Positions 1-9,434 of a stretch of DNA of 64,000 nucleotides are shown here, one piece after another. Each line of letters starts with the position of its first letter. The stretch's first letter is position 1. The notes under the pieces are model-generated. The model was not told where the DNA came from. It made no database searches and saw only the letters and a program-made list of their open reading frames with translations. This stretch comes from an uncultured virus (IMG/VR IMGVR_UViG_3300035130_000204) (lineage: Duplodnaviria > Heunggongvirae > Uroviricota > Caudoviricetes), in IMG/VR virus record IMGVR_UViG_3300035130_000204. One strand, written 5' to 3'. A program made the translations under genes and the position numbers.

Positions 1-200
1 CCCTTCTTGCGATTTTTGCCCGCCTGCTCTTCCCACTGACGCATGAGAGTCGCAGCCTCTCGCTCGATCTTCTTCTTGTCCCGCACTTCCTGCTTGTGCT
101 TGTCCCTGCACTTCGGCTTGCAGTATCCGTACGTCACCTGCGCTTCGGTCTCGAGGAGCTTGCCGCAATGCGGACAGACATAGAGGTGCTCGTCGTTCAT
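1..200 (-). CDS. Small Cys-rich (zinc-finger-like) hypothetical protein, 3' end outside window
   Basis: ATG at 200 overlaps the upstream stop; reads MNDEHLYVCPHCGK...YCKPKCR and stays open to the window edge. Confidence 0.6.
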   Translation of the reverse strand, partial: MNDEHLYVCPHCGKLLETEAQVTYGYCKPKCRDKHKQEVRDKKKIEREAATLMRQWEEQAGKNRKK

Positions 201-484
201 GGCTTAAGCATCTCGTGCTTCGCTTTGCCGACCATTTCACGCACGGCCTCGATGTGCTGCGCCAACACCTGCCTGATATCGAGGTCCTGGGCTTGGCTCA
301 GATCGTCTTCCCACCGAGCAAGCAGCTTGGCGATGACGACCTCTTGCACCGTTATGCACGGTTGCCAGCTCGTGCCGTCGTAGACCTTCAACACCGGGAT
401 GCGGTCATCGCCTTGCTCAACGTAAAGGTCGCCGTGCTTTGGCCCAACTCTTTCATCCATGGTAAACATCACTCCCCTGATCAT
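197..484 (-). CDS. Hypothetical protein
   Basis: Part of ORF 197..628; start placed at ATG 484, which overlaps the upstream stop (ATGA) and has AGGAGG upstream. Confidence 0.6.
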   Translation of the reverse strand: MIRGVMFTMDERVGPKHGDLYVEQGDDRIPVLKVYDGTSWQPCITVQEVVIAKLLARWEDDLSQAQDLDIRQVLAQHIEAVREMVGKAKHEMLKP

Positions 485-852
485 CGCTTCCACCCCTCCT
501 TGGCGGCCAACAGCCTGCGCACATGCTGAGCATTGCGCTTGGCCTCCTCGGTCCCCTCTTCGCGCCTGTTGTGAAAAGCTCCTTCGGTGAACTGCACCCA
601 GGTCGCCTCGCACTCCGCCTCGAACCACCCGAACGTCTCACCCTTCATGTAATCGCGCAGCAGCCGCAGCGTTGCAGACACAGGCCCACCGGCTCCTGGA
701 ATCTCGATATTCGCTACCGCGTGAGGAACGCTGTTTTCGTTGACTTCGTAGGCGTCGATAAAGTTGTCGTATACCAGCATGATGGCTAACGCAATCGACA
801 TCGGGTGGCCGGGATAGGTCTTCGCGACAAGATGAGGGGGCTCGAGGTTCAT
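481..852 (-). CDS. Hypothetical protein
   Basis: Fits the tightly packed minus-strand operon. Confidence 0.6.
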   Translation of the reverse strand: MNLEPPHLVAKTYPGHPMSIALAIMLVYDNFIDAYEVNENSVPHAVANIEIPGAGGPVSATLRLLRDYMKGETFGWFEAECEATWVQFTEGAFHNRREEGTEEAKRNAQHVRRLLAAKEGWKR

Positions 853-856
853 CGTA

Positions 857-1243
857 CTACCTCATAGACAAAGCCAAAACAAAAATCGGGCCACTGTTTT
901 TGTCGCTTGCACATTGCTGTTGAGCAATGGTTTGCATCGCTTCTTCGACCGACATTTGCTTCTCGATGTACATCTGTACGAGCTTGTCGATGTCGTAAAC
1001 CACGCGCGATACGATCCGACCGTCTCCGTCAGGGAGCTGCGTCACGCCAGTGATGCACAGGTCGAACCTTGGCTCAAGCAACGTGGCTTCTGGAGCAAAA
1101 CGCTGAAGTAGCTGCCGTACCTTCTTCGACTGCCGTGCGCGCCACAAGCCTACCTGAATAACCCCGGCCTGGTCGCTAACCTCGGCCAGGCTCTGGCGCA
1201 GCTCGTCCAGCAGCTGCCTCATCTCATTAAAGTGATCGCTCAC
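857..1243 (-). CDS. Hypothetical protein
   Basis: GTG start overlapping the upstream stop (GTGA). Confidence 0.55.
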   Translation of the reverse strand: MSDHFNEMRQLLDELRQSLAEVSDQAGVIQVGLWRARQSKKVRQLLQRFAPEATLLEPRFDLCITGVTQLPDGDGRIVSRVVYDIDKLVQMYIEKQMSVEEAMQTIAQQQCASDKNSGPIFVLALSMR

Positions 1244-1842
1244 TCTTCGTCCGCCACGACACACCACCCGCCATCGGTGCGCTTCACCGTGCCGTCCTTT
1301 TGTAGCTGCACAAGTGCCTTCTCGATCTCGGCCGGCGTCTCGTAGCTTTGGAAAAAGTTGCTCAGGTGGTATGCGAAGTCCTTCGGCCACCACAAAGGAA
1401 AGTTCTCAGGACGCTCTGCCGCACCCCAGTTTTTAGCACGCAACATGATGTGCAGCAGCCGCTGATCGAGCGGAGCTTCCTTGCTCTCGTAGCACGGTAG
1501 GTCCTTGAGCTTCCCAACAGCCTTCGGCAAAACTCCAGCATTCGGCCGCTCGGGCAAGTCACCGAAGCCGTTCTGGCTAACGTCGAACGTGAACATGTGC
1601 GGGCAGCGTTGGCACTTGACGAGCAGCATCCCCATGTAGATGGTGGTCATCTGCTCGTTGCGAAACTTTGCGAAGACCGCATCGATAGGCGCCGATGTCA
1701 TTAGCGGCGTTCCGCACGCAGGGCACACCACAGGCCGCGAATAGCCTCGTAGTACCTCTATGCGACGAATCATTTCCCGCGCACGCAGCTCCGGGTCCAA
1801 CGTTGGACGACCTTGCTCGTCCAGCCATGGCTTGGTAGTCAC
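1240..1842 (-). CDS. Zinc-ribbon protein with possible C-terminal winged helix
   Basis: CPAC...CQRC pairs; C-terminal EIEKALVQLQKDGTVKRTDGGW. Confidence 0.6.
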   Translation of the reverse strand: MTTKPWLDEQGRPTLDPELRAREMIRRIEVLRGYSRPVVCPACGTPLMTSAPIDAVFAKFRNEQMTTIYMGMLLVKCQRCPHMFTFDVSQNGFGDLPERPNAGVLPKAVGKLKDLPCYESKEAPLDQRLLHIMLRAKNWGAAERPENFPLWWPKDFAYHLSNFFQSYETPAEIEKALVQLQKDGTVKRTDGGWCVVADEE

Positions 1843-2330
1843 GCCGTCCTACCAGGAAGCAGGTTGCCAGCACCGCCGGACAGCAGCACCGGAAGACGGT
1901 CGGCAACAGCCTCGCTTACGGTCTTGCCGTCGCGGCCCACCAGGTACGGCAGGAACACCTGCTCGGCCTCGATGATGCCTGCGTCGACAGCTTCGAGGGC
2001 ACCCTGAAGGAAGAGTCTGAGCAGCCGGTGCTCACGCTTGCCTCGCTGCGCCATCAGCCGATCCAGTTTTTTCTCACTGACCTTACCCGAGCGACCGTCG
2101 ATGGCCTCGTCCTCTAGGTCTTCGGCCGTCGGCAAGCTCAGGTCGATCCTGGCGAGGTAGTCGTTTCCTTCGTGGTTCCAGACGAACTGCAGCTGGATAC
2201 GGTCTTCCTTGAAGTGGTCCGTCCACTGGATTCCGTCGACGCCCCAGTCGCGCAGCAACGCGTCGATCTGACCGCGGCTGCGTCCAACCGAAACGTTAGT
2301 GTCCTGCGCGTACTTCCTCCTTGGTGCCAT
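1839..2330 (-). CDS. Conserved phage hypothetical protein
   Basis: N-terminal YAQDTNVSVGRSRGQID and C-terminal EQVFLPYLVGRDGKTV resemble a family I recall from phage proteins. Confidence 0.65.
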   Translation of the reverse strand: MAPRRKYAQDTNVSVGRSRGQIDALLRDWGVDGIQWTDHFKEDRIQLQFVWNHEGNDYLARIDLSLPTAEDLEDEAIDGRSGKVSEKKLDRLMAQRGKREHRLLRLFLQGALEAVDAGIIEAEQVFLPYLVGRDGKTVSEAVADRLPVLLSGGAGNLLPGRTA

Positions 2331-2340
2331 GCTGGTGCTC

Positions 2341-2625
2341 CTAGGATTGATTGTGAATGGCCTTCTGCACGGCCTCGTAGATATGGTCCGGTGTGCGCCG
2401 GATGATGACGGGCGTGCTCTCGAGCGGACAATCGCTGCCTATCTCTACATCAAGAGCACACGGAATCGCCTTGGCAAGACTCTTATTCGGATGACGGCAG
2501 ACACCTTCTTCGTAAAACGTGCATCCGCCCGGCGTGCGGACATCGATCTCCCAGGATTTCCAGGGTGTGTTCATGGCAGAGATTTTTGGCATCTGATTTA
2601 CTCCTGCTCGTCGCGTTTCCTGCAC
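2341..2625 (-). CDS. Small Cys-containing hypothetical protein
   Basis: ORF in operon; start uncertain. Confidence 0.5.
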   Translation of the reverse strand: MQETRRAGVNQMPKISAMNTPWKSWEIDVRTPGGCTFYEEGVCRHPNKSLAKAIPCALDVEIGSDCPLESTPVIIRRTPDHIYEAVQKAIHNQS

Positions 2626-2828
2626 CGACTGAAGTAGCTCTCACCACCCGTCCAGCGCGGACCATAATCGTCCACCAGGCTCTCACATTGCAGGCATACG
2701 GAACCTGCGAGACGTCCAAGTCGGTTGCCCTCAAAGACGGCACCGTGCGGCTCGCGGTCGCCGCCGTAGGGGAGATAGAACCGCGTGCCGCACACGCACT
2801 TGCCGCCAACGCCGCGCAGACAAGGCAT
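2598..2828 (-). CDS. Small Cys-rich hypothetical protein
   Basis: MPCLRGVGGKCVCG...CLQC...CRK; GGAGG upstream. Confidence 0.5.
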   Translation of the reverse strand: MPCLRGVGGKCVCGTRFYLPYGGDREPHGAVFEGNRLGRLAGSVCLQCESLVDDYGPRWTGGESYFSRCRKRDEQE

Positions 2829-2829
2829 C

Positions 2830-3537
2830 TCAACCCTCCACCTCGGGCTCCTCGGAAAGCAGCAAGTCCAGCTTGTCGACCTCGGCGTGGCTGAGCCCCG
2901 TTTGCCGCATGGTCTGAACAAAAACTCGTGCCTGAGCTGCAACGGCCTCGAGCCACACCATGCGCTGCTCGCGGTAGCTCAGCCGACCGTCCGTGGTCTT
3001 GAGGTAGGCCCTGCGCCAGACGCTGAGGTTATGAGCCATGACGCGCATGTTCTCGACGACGTTTCGCACAAGGCATGTCGCGAGCGTCACCCGAGCACTG
3101 CTGTAGTCGCCATCGCACTGCTCGATGATGTGCTTCAGGTCGTCCTCGGTGACTGCGTCACATGTCGGCTCCAGGAAGCCTAGCTCGGGTTGGCCGCCCT
3201 CCCATACCTGCTTAGCCTGGAGGTAACCCTCGAAGCTGCGAAAGGGCTTTACGATGTCGCGCCAGTCCCCGCCCTTTTCAGCAACGTGAATCGCCTTGAG
3301 CGCCGTGACATCCGCACGAAGATCGTTCTGCCAGTCCTGCTGGATTCCATCGACGTTCTCGAGAAACAAGATCTGCTCCTGCTGCCACTCACAGATCTCC
3401 AACAGCGCCTGCAGCGTTTCGTCGGCCTTGCGATTCAGCCGCTCCCGGAGTGTAGCCAGGTGCGCAGCGACTTTCTTGCCTCGCTCCTTGCACGAGCCTG
3501 CGACCAGATCCACCGTCGCGCCATCATGTGCCATCAC
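2830..3537 (-). CDS. Hypothetical helical protein
   Basis: 235-aa ORF coupled to its neighbours. Confidence 0.65.
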   Translation of the reverse strand: MMAHDGATVDLVAGSCKERGKKVAAHLATLRERLNRKADETLQALLEICEWQQEQILFLENVDGIQQDWQNDLRADVTALKAIHVAEKGGDWRDIVKPFRSFEGYLQAKQVWEGGQPELGFLEPTCDAVTEDDLKHIIEQCDGDYSSARVTLATCLVRNVVENMRVMAHNLSVWRRAYLKTTDGRLSYREQRMVWLEAVAAQARVFVQTMRQTGLSHAEVDKLDLLLSEEPEVEG

Positions 3538-4109
3538 TCACTCCCATCGCACGTCTCCACGTCCGCAACGGCCACCCCAAGCGCCGTCGGCTGGTATTGG
3601 TCTCGCTCGCCCTTTGGCGTCGGCATCCTTGTGAGCAGACCCCGATCGACGAGGGCATCAAAGTAACCCTCGATTTCGTCACCAGGGCTGTAGCCCTCTC
3701 GATCGAGAAGCGCGGCGACAACTTTCGTCCCGCAGCTTGGGCACGTCACAGCAGGAAGCTCCACCTGAGCATCCGCGGGGTGCATCAGCGCCCACCTATC
3801 CTCGGCGAAGTGATCCTCTTGGCCCTCGATGGGCTCAAGGCGAATGAGGTAGACCATCTCGAACGGGCTCGAGCTGAAGATGTGACCGAGCTTGACATCG
3901 TCTTCTTCGTTGAGGATGTAGTCGGCCAGACTGTTGACCATGTGCCCCGCCGCAGCCTGAAAGAGCAGTGGAACATCGCGAATCTCAAGCTCTGGCTTGC
4001 CTAGCTTGACCATGCCGTGGGTATGCACCCAGACGTGACGTTCATCGCTGGCCGGGCTCAGATGGATCTCGATCAGCTCGTTGACATCGAACTTCTGCTC
4101 GTCGCCCAC
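3534..4109 (-). CDS. DUF4261/DUF4262-like protein with zinc ribbon
   Basis: WVHTHGMVKLGKPELEIRD motif; CPSC; AGGAG before GTG 4109. Confidence 0.55.
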   Translation of the reverse strand: MGDEQKFDVNELIEIHLSPASDERHVWVHTHGMVKLGKPELEIRDVPLLFQAAAGHMVNSLADYILNEEDDVKLGHIFSSSPFEMVYLIRLEPIEGQEDHFAEDRWALMHPADAQVELPAVTCPSCGTKVVAALLDREGYSPGDEIEGYFDALVDRGLLTRMPTPKGERDQYQPTALGVAVADVETCDGSE

Positions 4110-4119
4110 TTCGCATCTC

Positions 4120-5019
4120 CTAGTTCTTGCTGCCGAGCACCGAGTTCCACGCGGCGAGAGCCGTGCCGAAGCCGCTGACGAACGAGGCGTCCCAAACACC
4201 GTCCTGCATCTGCTTGTCCTGCGACATGAACGGGTCCGGGTACAGCTCGGTGCTCTTGCGACCACCCTTGCCGTCGAATATGGCGTCGTCGACGTAGCCC
4301 AACGTGTACATGCCCGAGGCGTTGCGAATCCAGTGCTCGCGGTGCTCGAGGGTCAGCTTGATGGCGAGAGCCTCCTCGGGCGGAGGCACCGACCAGTCAT
4401 AGCAGTGCACCACGTGGTCGTCGTGCAGGTCCCAGCAGATCTTCTTCTGCTCCGCGGCGAGCGGGCTGTGGCGGTGAGCGATGCGGTAGGAGTGCCCCGT
4501 CAGGTTGCCGGAGCAGTGGAGGTAGCCCTTGTCGACCCACTCCTCCCACTGCTTGCGTGTGCAAAAAGTCCTGAGTACTTCGCTGGCCCTGACCTCCCGC
4601 TCCACCTGGGGCGTGGGACAGCAGAGCGTCGGACGCCGCGTCGTGACCGCTTTGTCGGCCTCGGGCTTGTCCACGGCCTCAGCGACCTCATCGCTCTCGG
4701 CATCGCCCGTAACCACCTCGAGCTTGCCGTCGACGCTCTTGACGGCCGTGAGCAGGCCCTTGCGCGGCGCCTTGCGGCCGAGGAGCAGCTTGCCAGCCTC
4801 AGCCACTGGCGCCTTGATGGTCAGCGTGCTCTCGCCCTTGTTGGCAACGCCAGCGATGTCCGGCACGTAGCCTTTCAAGCGCGCCTTGACCAGGAACTTG
4901 CCAAGCTGGTCGACCTCGGCAGGTGTCGGGTTGACCACGATGAGTTGGCTCTGCTCCTCGCCCTCGGCCTCGAGACGAAAGTCGCCAGACCAAGAAGGGA
5001 TAAACCATCTACTCAGCAT
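4120..5019 (-). CDS. Phage hypothetical protein
   Basis: Start MLSRWFIPSW; C-terminal region GNLTGHSYRI...PPPEEALAIKLTLE. Confidence 0.65.
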   Translation of the reverse strand: MLSRWFIPSWSGDFRLEAEGEEQSQLIVVNPTPAEVDQLGKFLVKARLKGYVPDIAGVANKGESTLTIKAPVAEAGKLLLGRKAPRKGLLTAVKSVDGKLEVVTGDAESDEVAEAVDKPEADKAVTTRRPTLCCPTPQVEREVRASEVLRTFCTRKQWEEWVDKGYLHCSGNLTGHSYRIAHRHSPLAAEQKKICWDLHDDHVVHCYDWSVPPPEEALAIKLTLEHREHWIRNASGMYTLGYVDDAIFDGKGGRKSTELYPDPFMSQDKQMQDGVWDASFVSGFGTALAAWNSVLGSKN

Positions 5020-5653
5020 CGGCGTGCCTCTCAAGGTCCTCGTCACCCTCCGGCGGTGCACCAGAATCAAGCAGCCCATCGAGCTTCGCGCGGATGGCAT
5101 CGATCAGATCGGCGTCCAGCTCGCTATCCTTGGCCGTCGCCAACGCGTTGACGAGGCTCTCGACGTTCCGACCTTCGTAGGGCTTGCCGAGCGCACCGTT
5201 GAGCGTCGAGCTGATCTGCTGCACCGCCTGGGCCCCAAAGGTCTCCGAGTCGCTCAGGCCCGCGCCGCTCTCGTACATCGACAGCGGATCGCCGGCCCAC
5301 GACGGCACCTTCTTCTTGCGGCGGTTGAGGATGTCCTTGCCGAGACCGAGGCTCGCAACCATCTCGCGATGGTGCTCCGCGATGGTCTCGATCATCCTAA
5401 GGACGCGCGCAGAGTTGCCCGGCGTGATCTCGCGGACGAGCGACAGGATCGTCGTCTTCGCCTGACCGACGATATCTTCGGCCAGCTTCTGCTCGATCTC
5501 CTCCATCGTGTCCTTGACGAAGTCGTCATCGTCCTTGCCCAACAACAGCTCCTTGGCGAAGTCCTCGTCCTTGCCAAACAACTTGGCCGCCACCACTGCG
5601 GTCGCCGGTGTGATCTCAGATTTCACTTTGTCCCCGTGCTCGTTAGCATCCAT
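5009..5653 (-). CDS. Hypothetical protein
   Basis: 214-aa ORF with RBS-like sequence. Confidence 0.65.
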   Translation of the reverse strand: MDANEHGDKVKSEITPATAVVAAKLFGKDEDFAKELLLGKDDDDFVKDTMEEIEQKLAEDIVGQAKTTILSLVREITPGNSARVLRMIETIAEHHREMVASLGLGKDILNRRKKKVPSWAGDPLSMYESGAGLSDSETFGAQAVQQISSTLNGALGKPYEGRNVESLVNALATAKDSELDADLIDAIRAKLDGLLDSGAPPEGDEDLERHADAE

Positions 5654-5673
5654 AGCTCACCCCTTTCCCTCGG

Positions 5674-6024
5674 CTAGCTCTTCTTCCTTTGCGTCAACGA
5701 CGCCATCCACTCATAGACGCGCGCAGAAAGCCGCTTGTGATCTTCGCGTGCCTTTGCTTTACGCTCTTGCCGCTCCTTCTTGCGCCGCTCGGCCGCGTCG
5801 TGCTTCTCCTGCTCCACTGCACGGCGCTGCTCCGGCGACGGCTTTGCAATTGGTTCGAAGGCGCCCACGTCACCAACACGGCGACCTCGACGAACATCAC
5901 TCTCTGCTTCTTTCGCTCGCCGATCTCGAACCTGGCGTGCCTGTACGCGCGCTGCCTCGCGCCGAATCCATCGGGTCTTCTTACGTGACCTCAATGGCTT
6001 CTTTTTTCCCTTTGGCTTCTTCAT
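5674..6024 (-). CDS. Highly basic Lys/Arg-rich protein
   Basis: MKKPKGKKKPLRSRKK... Confidence 0.6.
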   Translation of the reverse strand: MKKPKGKKKPLRSRKKTRWIRREAARVQARQVRDRRAKEAESDVRRGRRVGDVGAFEPIAKPSPEQRRAVEQEKHDAAERRKKERQERKAKAREDHKRLSARVYEWMASLTQRKKS

Positions 6025-6028
6025 GGTG

Positions 6029-6970
6029 TTAATCCCCACACAGGTTGACATCGTCAGTCAACACGCCGTGCCTGGACAGCAACTGGATGATGGTCGCGCC
6101 GCAGCCACGTTTGGCCAGGTCGGCCGCCATGGAGCTATCGCCACCCGCGAGCCACTCGTGGGCCAGCTCCTCAACCTCCTTGAGGGCCTTGGCTCTGTCG
6201 CGACCATCGACCGCGACGACGCCGACGACGTCTTCCTCGCCTTGCTTCGTCACTTCCTTAGCAGCCATGCCGAGGATCTCTTCCAGAATAGTAACCCTTT
6301 CCTCGGATTGCCTCTCGATCCTGTCCACACGCCGCTCGAGCCTCCTGTAGTCCGCCGCGTCGAACTTGAAGCGGTTCGCGCTTTCCTTGTCGGCTCGGAG
6401 CTTGTTCTTGAAGTGCTCCTGCATGGTTCCGACAAGATTGTTGAGAGTCTGCATGACCTCTTCCATGTTGTCGGCTCTCTGCACAACGCTGCGGACAACT
6501 GCCTCGATCCCTTCGATGCGCGAACTCAGGGCGTCGCCTTCCGCAGAGCCTGTCGCAGATGCCTCGGCAGAGCCCATCCGCTGCGGTTCGCGCTTCTCAC
6601 TCTCTTTTGGTCCCACAACTACCTCCTTTTGCCCACTGGTATCGCAGCCGAAGAGCATATCTGCCTGAACTCGCATCACCTCCTCGAATGGCGACCTTTC
6701 CATGTGCTCTGGCGTTTCTATCTTCACCACGCGGACCCATCGCGCCGCCTTCTTGCCTGGCTCACCTGGGTCGACGCACTTGACCACACCGAACCTTTCG
6801 AGCTGCTTGAGCGCAAGGTCGACGCCTTCTGGCCTGACCCCTGGCGCCACATTCTTGAGTCCATGGACGATCTGATTAACGGTCCACATGGCGTAGGCTC
6901 CACCCTCGGTGCCCGCCATCGCCATCAGCTTGCCAACCTTGTCCCGAAGCTCTACCTCGGAAATTGCCAC
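6029..6970 (-). CDS. Hypothetical coiled-coil protein
   Basis: 313 aa; AGGAGG RBS. Confidence 0.7.
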   Translation of the reverse strand: MAISEVELRDKVGKLMAMAGTEGGAYAMWTVNQIVHGLKNVAPGVRPEGVDLALKQLERFGVVKCVDPGEPGKKAARWVRVVKIETPEHMERSPFEEVMRVQADMLFGCDTSGQKEVVVGPKESEKREPQRMGSAEASATGSAEGDALSSRIEGIEAVVRSVVQRADNMEEVMQTLNNLVGTMQEHFKNKLRADKESANRFKFDAADYRRLERRVDRIERQSEERVTILEEILGMAAKEVTKQGEEDVVGVVAVDGRDRAKALKEVEELAHEWLAGGDSSMAADLAKRGCGATIIQLLSRHGVLTDDVNLCGD

Positions 6971-6979
6971 GTGCGCCTC

Positions 6980-7300
6980 CTAGTCCAGGTGTTTACGCCC
7001 GCAAGACGGGCAAGCAATGCAAAGACTTTGATCACAGGCAGGACAACTCTCTGGCAGCTCCTTGCCATGAAGAAAAGCCTCGGTGTCGGCCGTGAGCGTT
7101 TTTTCGGGCGAAACATCACAGAACGCCCACCGCTCGAGCAAGCGATGGGCGGCCGTAAGCGAAGCGCAGCGGCCGTACTTGCACAGGCCCTCGCCCTTGA
7201 GCGCATCGAGAGCGTCCTGAGGACGATGCTGCTCGAGCAAGGTAATGGCTCTGCAAATACGGGCCCGTGCAAGATCGCGTTCGCGTTCGAAGTCCGACAT
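6980..7300 (-). CDS. Zinc-finger protein
   Basis: C-terminal CPAC...CIACPSC. Confidence 0.6.
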   Translation of the reverse strand: MSDFERERDLARARICRAITLLEQHRPQDALDALKGEGLCKYGRCASLTAAHRLLERWAFCDVSPEKTLTADTEAFLHGKELPESCPACDQSLCIACPSCGRKHLD

Positions 7301-7306
7301 CGCTGC

Positions 7307-7693
7307 CTAGAAGCCCAGGTACTCGAGGGCCGAGAAAGACAGCTTGAACTTCTCGGACGTGTCGATGTTGCGGATGACCATCTGGAGGCTGTCGATCTCC
7401 TCGCGCTTGTCCCGCAGGCTGCCGACAGCCTGATGCAGCTTTGCCTTGACTGGCGACTCGGCCCTGGCGTTGGAGACCAAATCATCCAGGTCGTCCATGT
7501 GCAAGAGCACGTCGGCGGCCGTCTTCAGGCCCATCTGCTTGGTCAGATCGTCAATGAGCTTTTCGCGCTCGGTGGCCGACTCGAGCACCTTGTCGACGCG
7601 CAGCTCACACTTGCTCTTGATCTCTGCGCCGGTCTTGTAGAAGTGCAGGTCCGAGAACATCGAACGACCCATGTGTGCGTGAATCCGTGGCAT
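7307..7693 (-). CDS. Hypothetical protein
   Basis: AGGAGGG RBS before ATG 7693. Confidence 0.65.
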   Translation of the reverse strand: MPRIHAHMGRSMFSDLHFYKTGAEIKSKCELRVDKVLESATEREKLIDDLTKQMGLKTAADVLLHMDDLDDLVSNARAESPVKAKLHQAVGSLRDKREEIDSLQMVIRNIDTSEKFKLSFSALEYLGF

Positions 7694-7708
7694 GCTGCCC
7701 TCCTCTCC

Positions 7709-8131
7709 TCAGAGGTCGGCAGGGTCGACGCCCTGCCAGTCATAAAGGAAGTACCTGTTAAAGGGGTCGTACTCGTAGGTGTACCCCGTCATGCGCTCGT
7801 AGCGGTCGAGATCCTCGTAGAGCTGGTCACGTTCACGACTGCAGCCTTCGAGCGCCCACATGCACCTCGACCAGTCGAGGCCCCCGCGACGCGGCGCCGA
7901 GTGCCGCCAGTAATCCAGCTCCTCGCGGCAGTCGCGCATCTGACCGTTCTGCAGGTCCAGCGCTGTATTGAGAAGCCTTGATTCTTCGACTCTGGGGCCA
8001 ACGAGAGCTACCGTGACGCCCATGCCGAGCAGACAGCCTGCCGCAAAGGCCATCAAAACGTGTCTGCCGTGCCGCTTCTTCAACTCCCGCTCGCGCTTGC
8101 GTATCATCTGGTCTGCCAGGTTGCCCGCCAT
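7709..8131 (-). CDS. Membrane-anchored hypothetical protein
   Basis: Hydrophobic VLMAFAAGCLLGMGVTVALV followed by coiled coil. Confidence 0.6.
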   Translation of the reverse strand: MAGNLADQMIRKRERELKKRHGRHVLMAFAAGCLLGMGVTVALVGPRVEESRLLNTALDLQNGQMRDCREELDYWRHSAPRRGGLDWSRCMWALEGCSRERDQLYEDLDRYERMTGYTYEYDPFNRYFLYDWQGVDPADL

Positions 8132-8175
8132 CCCCTTACCCTCCTGCACCTACCTCTAGCTTATGCTTGATCAGG

Positions 8176-8304
8176 TCACTCATCCTCGCCCCCCTCGCGC
8201 CACCCGCACGACGGGCACTCGTACCATCCGTACTCGCGCTCACCCAGTGTCCAGATGCACCGCTCCCCACAGCACGGGCAGTAGGGTACCCAGATAGGGC
8301 CCAT
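8176..8304 (-). CDS. 42-aa zinc-ribbon microprotein
   Basis: CPCCG...WYECPSCGWRE; similar to 50942..51079. Confidence 0.55.
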   Translation of the reverse strand: MGPIWVPYCPCCGERCIWTLGEREYGWYECPSCGWREGGEDE

Positions 8305-8636
8305 CACTCGCCCCCCTCGCCCTCGGTCAGGGCCGCGCGGGCCTCGCTGCAATCCGGGCATGCTCGCGGCTCGCGTCTGTCGTACGGCCCCTGCAAAGCC
8401 AATGATCCAAGTCGTATCTCTCCCGTGCCTTTGCAGCGGCGGCACCGATTGATCATGCGCCGCACCAGCGCGCCCCTGCGCTCCACCTCGGCGCGGAGGG
8501 CTGCGTTTTCATCAGCCAAAACGTTCCTAACCTTTTCGATCTCGTAGTTGTCCTTTTCGATCTCGTCCCGCTCCCGGCGCAGGCGGATCGCTTCCTCGCG
8601 CCAGCTAGCTGCACTGCGCCCCTGTGCGTCAGACAT
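8304..8636 (-). CDS. Coiled-coil protein with CxxCxGxG-type zinc motif
   Basis: CRRCKGTG...CPDC. Confidence 0.6.
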   Translation of the reverse strand: MSDAQGRSAASWREEAIRLRRERDEIEKDNYEIEKVRNVLADENAALRAEVERRGALVRRMINRCRRCKGTGEIRLGSLALQGPYDRREPRACPDCSEARAALTEGEGGE

Positions 8637-9097
8637 CACTTTTCCCTCGCCTCGGCCTCGATCATCAAGACGTCGATCATCGCATCGAATTCGGCATCCG
8701 TTCCACCAAGCTCTCGAAAAATCCTGCGGCGTTCGTCCATGGTGAGCATTACGCTCCGCTCCATGACTCTCACGACACGCAGTGCCCTGGCGCGCACCGT
8801 CGGAATCTGATCCTCCGTCGATACCTCGACCGGTCCTATCGGCTCCACGGCGTAGAGCGTGCCCAGGACGGCACGCGACGCATAATAACGCGCGTAGAGC
8901 AGGTGGCGTGTCGCGTAGACCCAATCCGGAGGTGTCGGAGGGTCGATGGTCATCTCTCCACGCCGCTGCGCCTCGCAGTGCGGGCAACCAGGAACATAGC
9001 GATGCTCTGCCATGCCTGGCAGAATCAAATCACCCCGAAGCAGTCCAGGGACTCCTCCGTGATAGAGTTTTCGCGGCCTCTTTTTGCGACGACTCAC
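8636..9097 (-). CDS. Arr-like (rifampin ADP-ribosyltransferase fold) ADP-ribosyltransferase
   Basis: LYHGGVPGLLRGDLILPG, WVYAT and LYAVEPIGPVEVSTED follow the Arr H-Y-acidic pattern. Confidence 0.55.
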   Translation of the reverse strand: MSRRKKRPRKLYHGGVPGLLRGDLILPGMAEHRYVPGCPHCEAQRRGEMTIDPPTPPDWVYATRHLLYARYYASRAVLGTLYAVEPIGPVEVSTEDQIPTVRARALRVVRVMERSVMLTMDERRRIFRELGGTDAEFDAMIDVLMIEAEAREK

Positions 9098-9100
9098 TTT

Positions 9101-9418
9101 TTACACCTTGACACCACCAAAGTGCGGATCAGTCATGATCCACCACCGACCCGAAATATCGTTCTGAAAGGCTTTCAGCTTTCCGCTACGGCATCTCGAA
9201 CGGACTGTGGACTCGTTGACGTCGAGGTACTCGGCCGTCGTGCTAACTGAAATTACGAGCCCAAGATCGATAGCGCACCGCTCGCAATACCTGTAAATAC
9301 CTTTATTCGGGCCGTCCAGCAGCTCGTACTCGACCTCCGTTGGCCCCTGTCCGCACTCGGAACAATAGAGCCGCAAGCGCAGCATGCGCATTTCGTACGG
9401 ATATATACCCTCAGTCAC
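9101..9418 (-). CDS. Zinc finger plus excisionase-like HTH protein
   Basis: CSEC...CERC, then ISVSTTAEYLDVNESTVRSRCRSGKLKA. Confidence 0.65.
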   Translation of the reverse strand: MTEGIYPYEMRMLRLRLYCSECGQGPTEVEYELLDGPNKGIYRYCERCAIDLGLVISVSTTAEYLDVNESTVRSRCRSGKLKAFQNDISGRWWIMTDPHFGGVKV

Positions 9419-9434
9419 GAAAACACCTCCATGG

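Noticed and set aside
5780..7981. 733-aa plus-strand ORF and similar long antisense ORFs (4081..5151, 24188..25294, 36272..37627, 50920..52038)
   Set aside because: Shadow frames of GC-rich genes on the other strand, with no RBS or recognisable motifs
8155..8180. Fifth copy of the TAGCAYRTGYTA promoter
   Set aside because: TAGCTTATGCTT has two mismatches and no -35 at the conserved spacing
9101..9418. Evidence of an integrated prophage boundary
   Set aside because: Only an excisionase-like HTH is present; no integrase, att duplication or host genes are in the window
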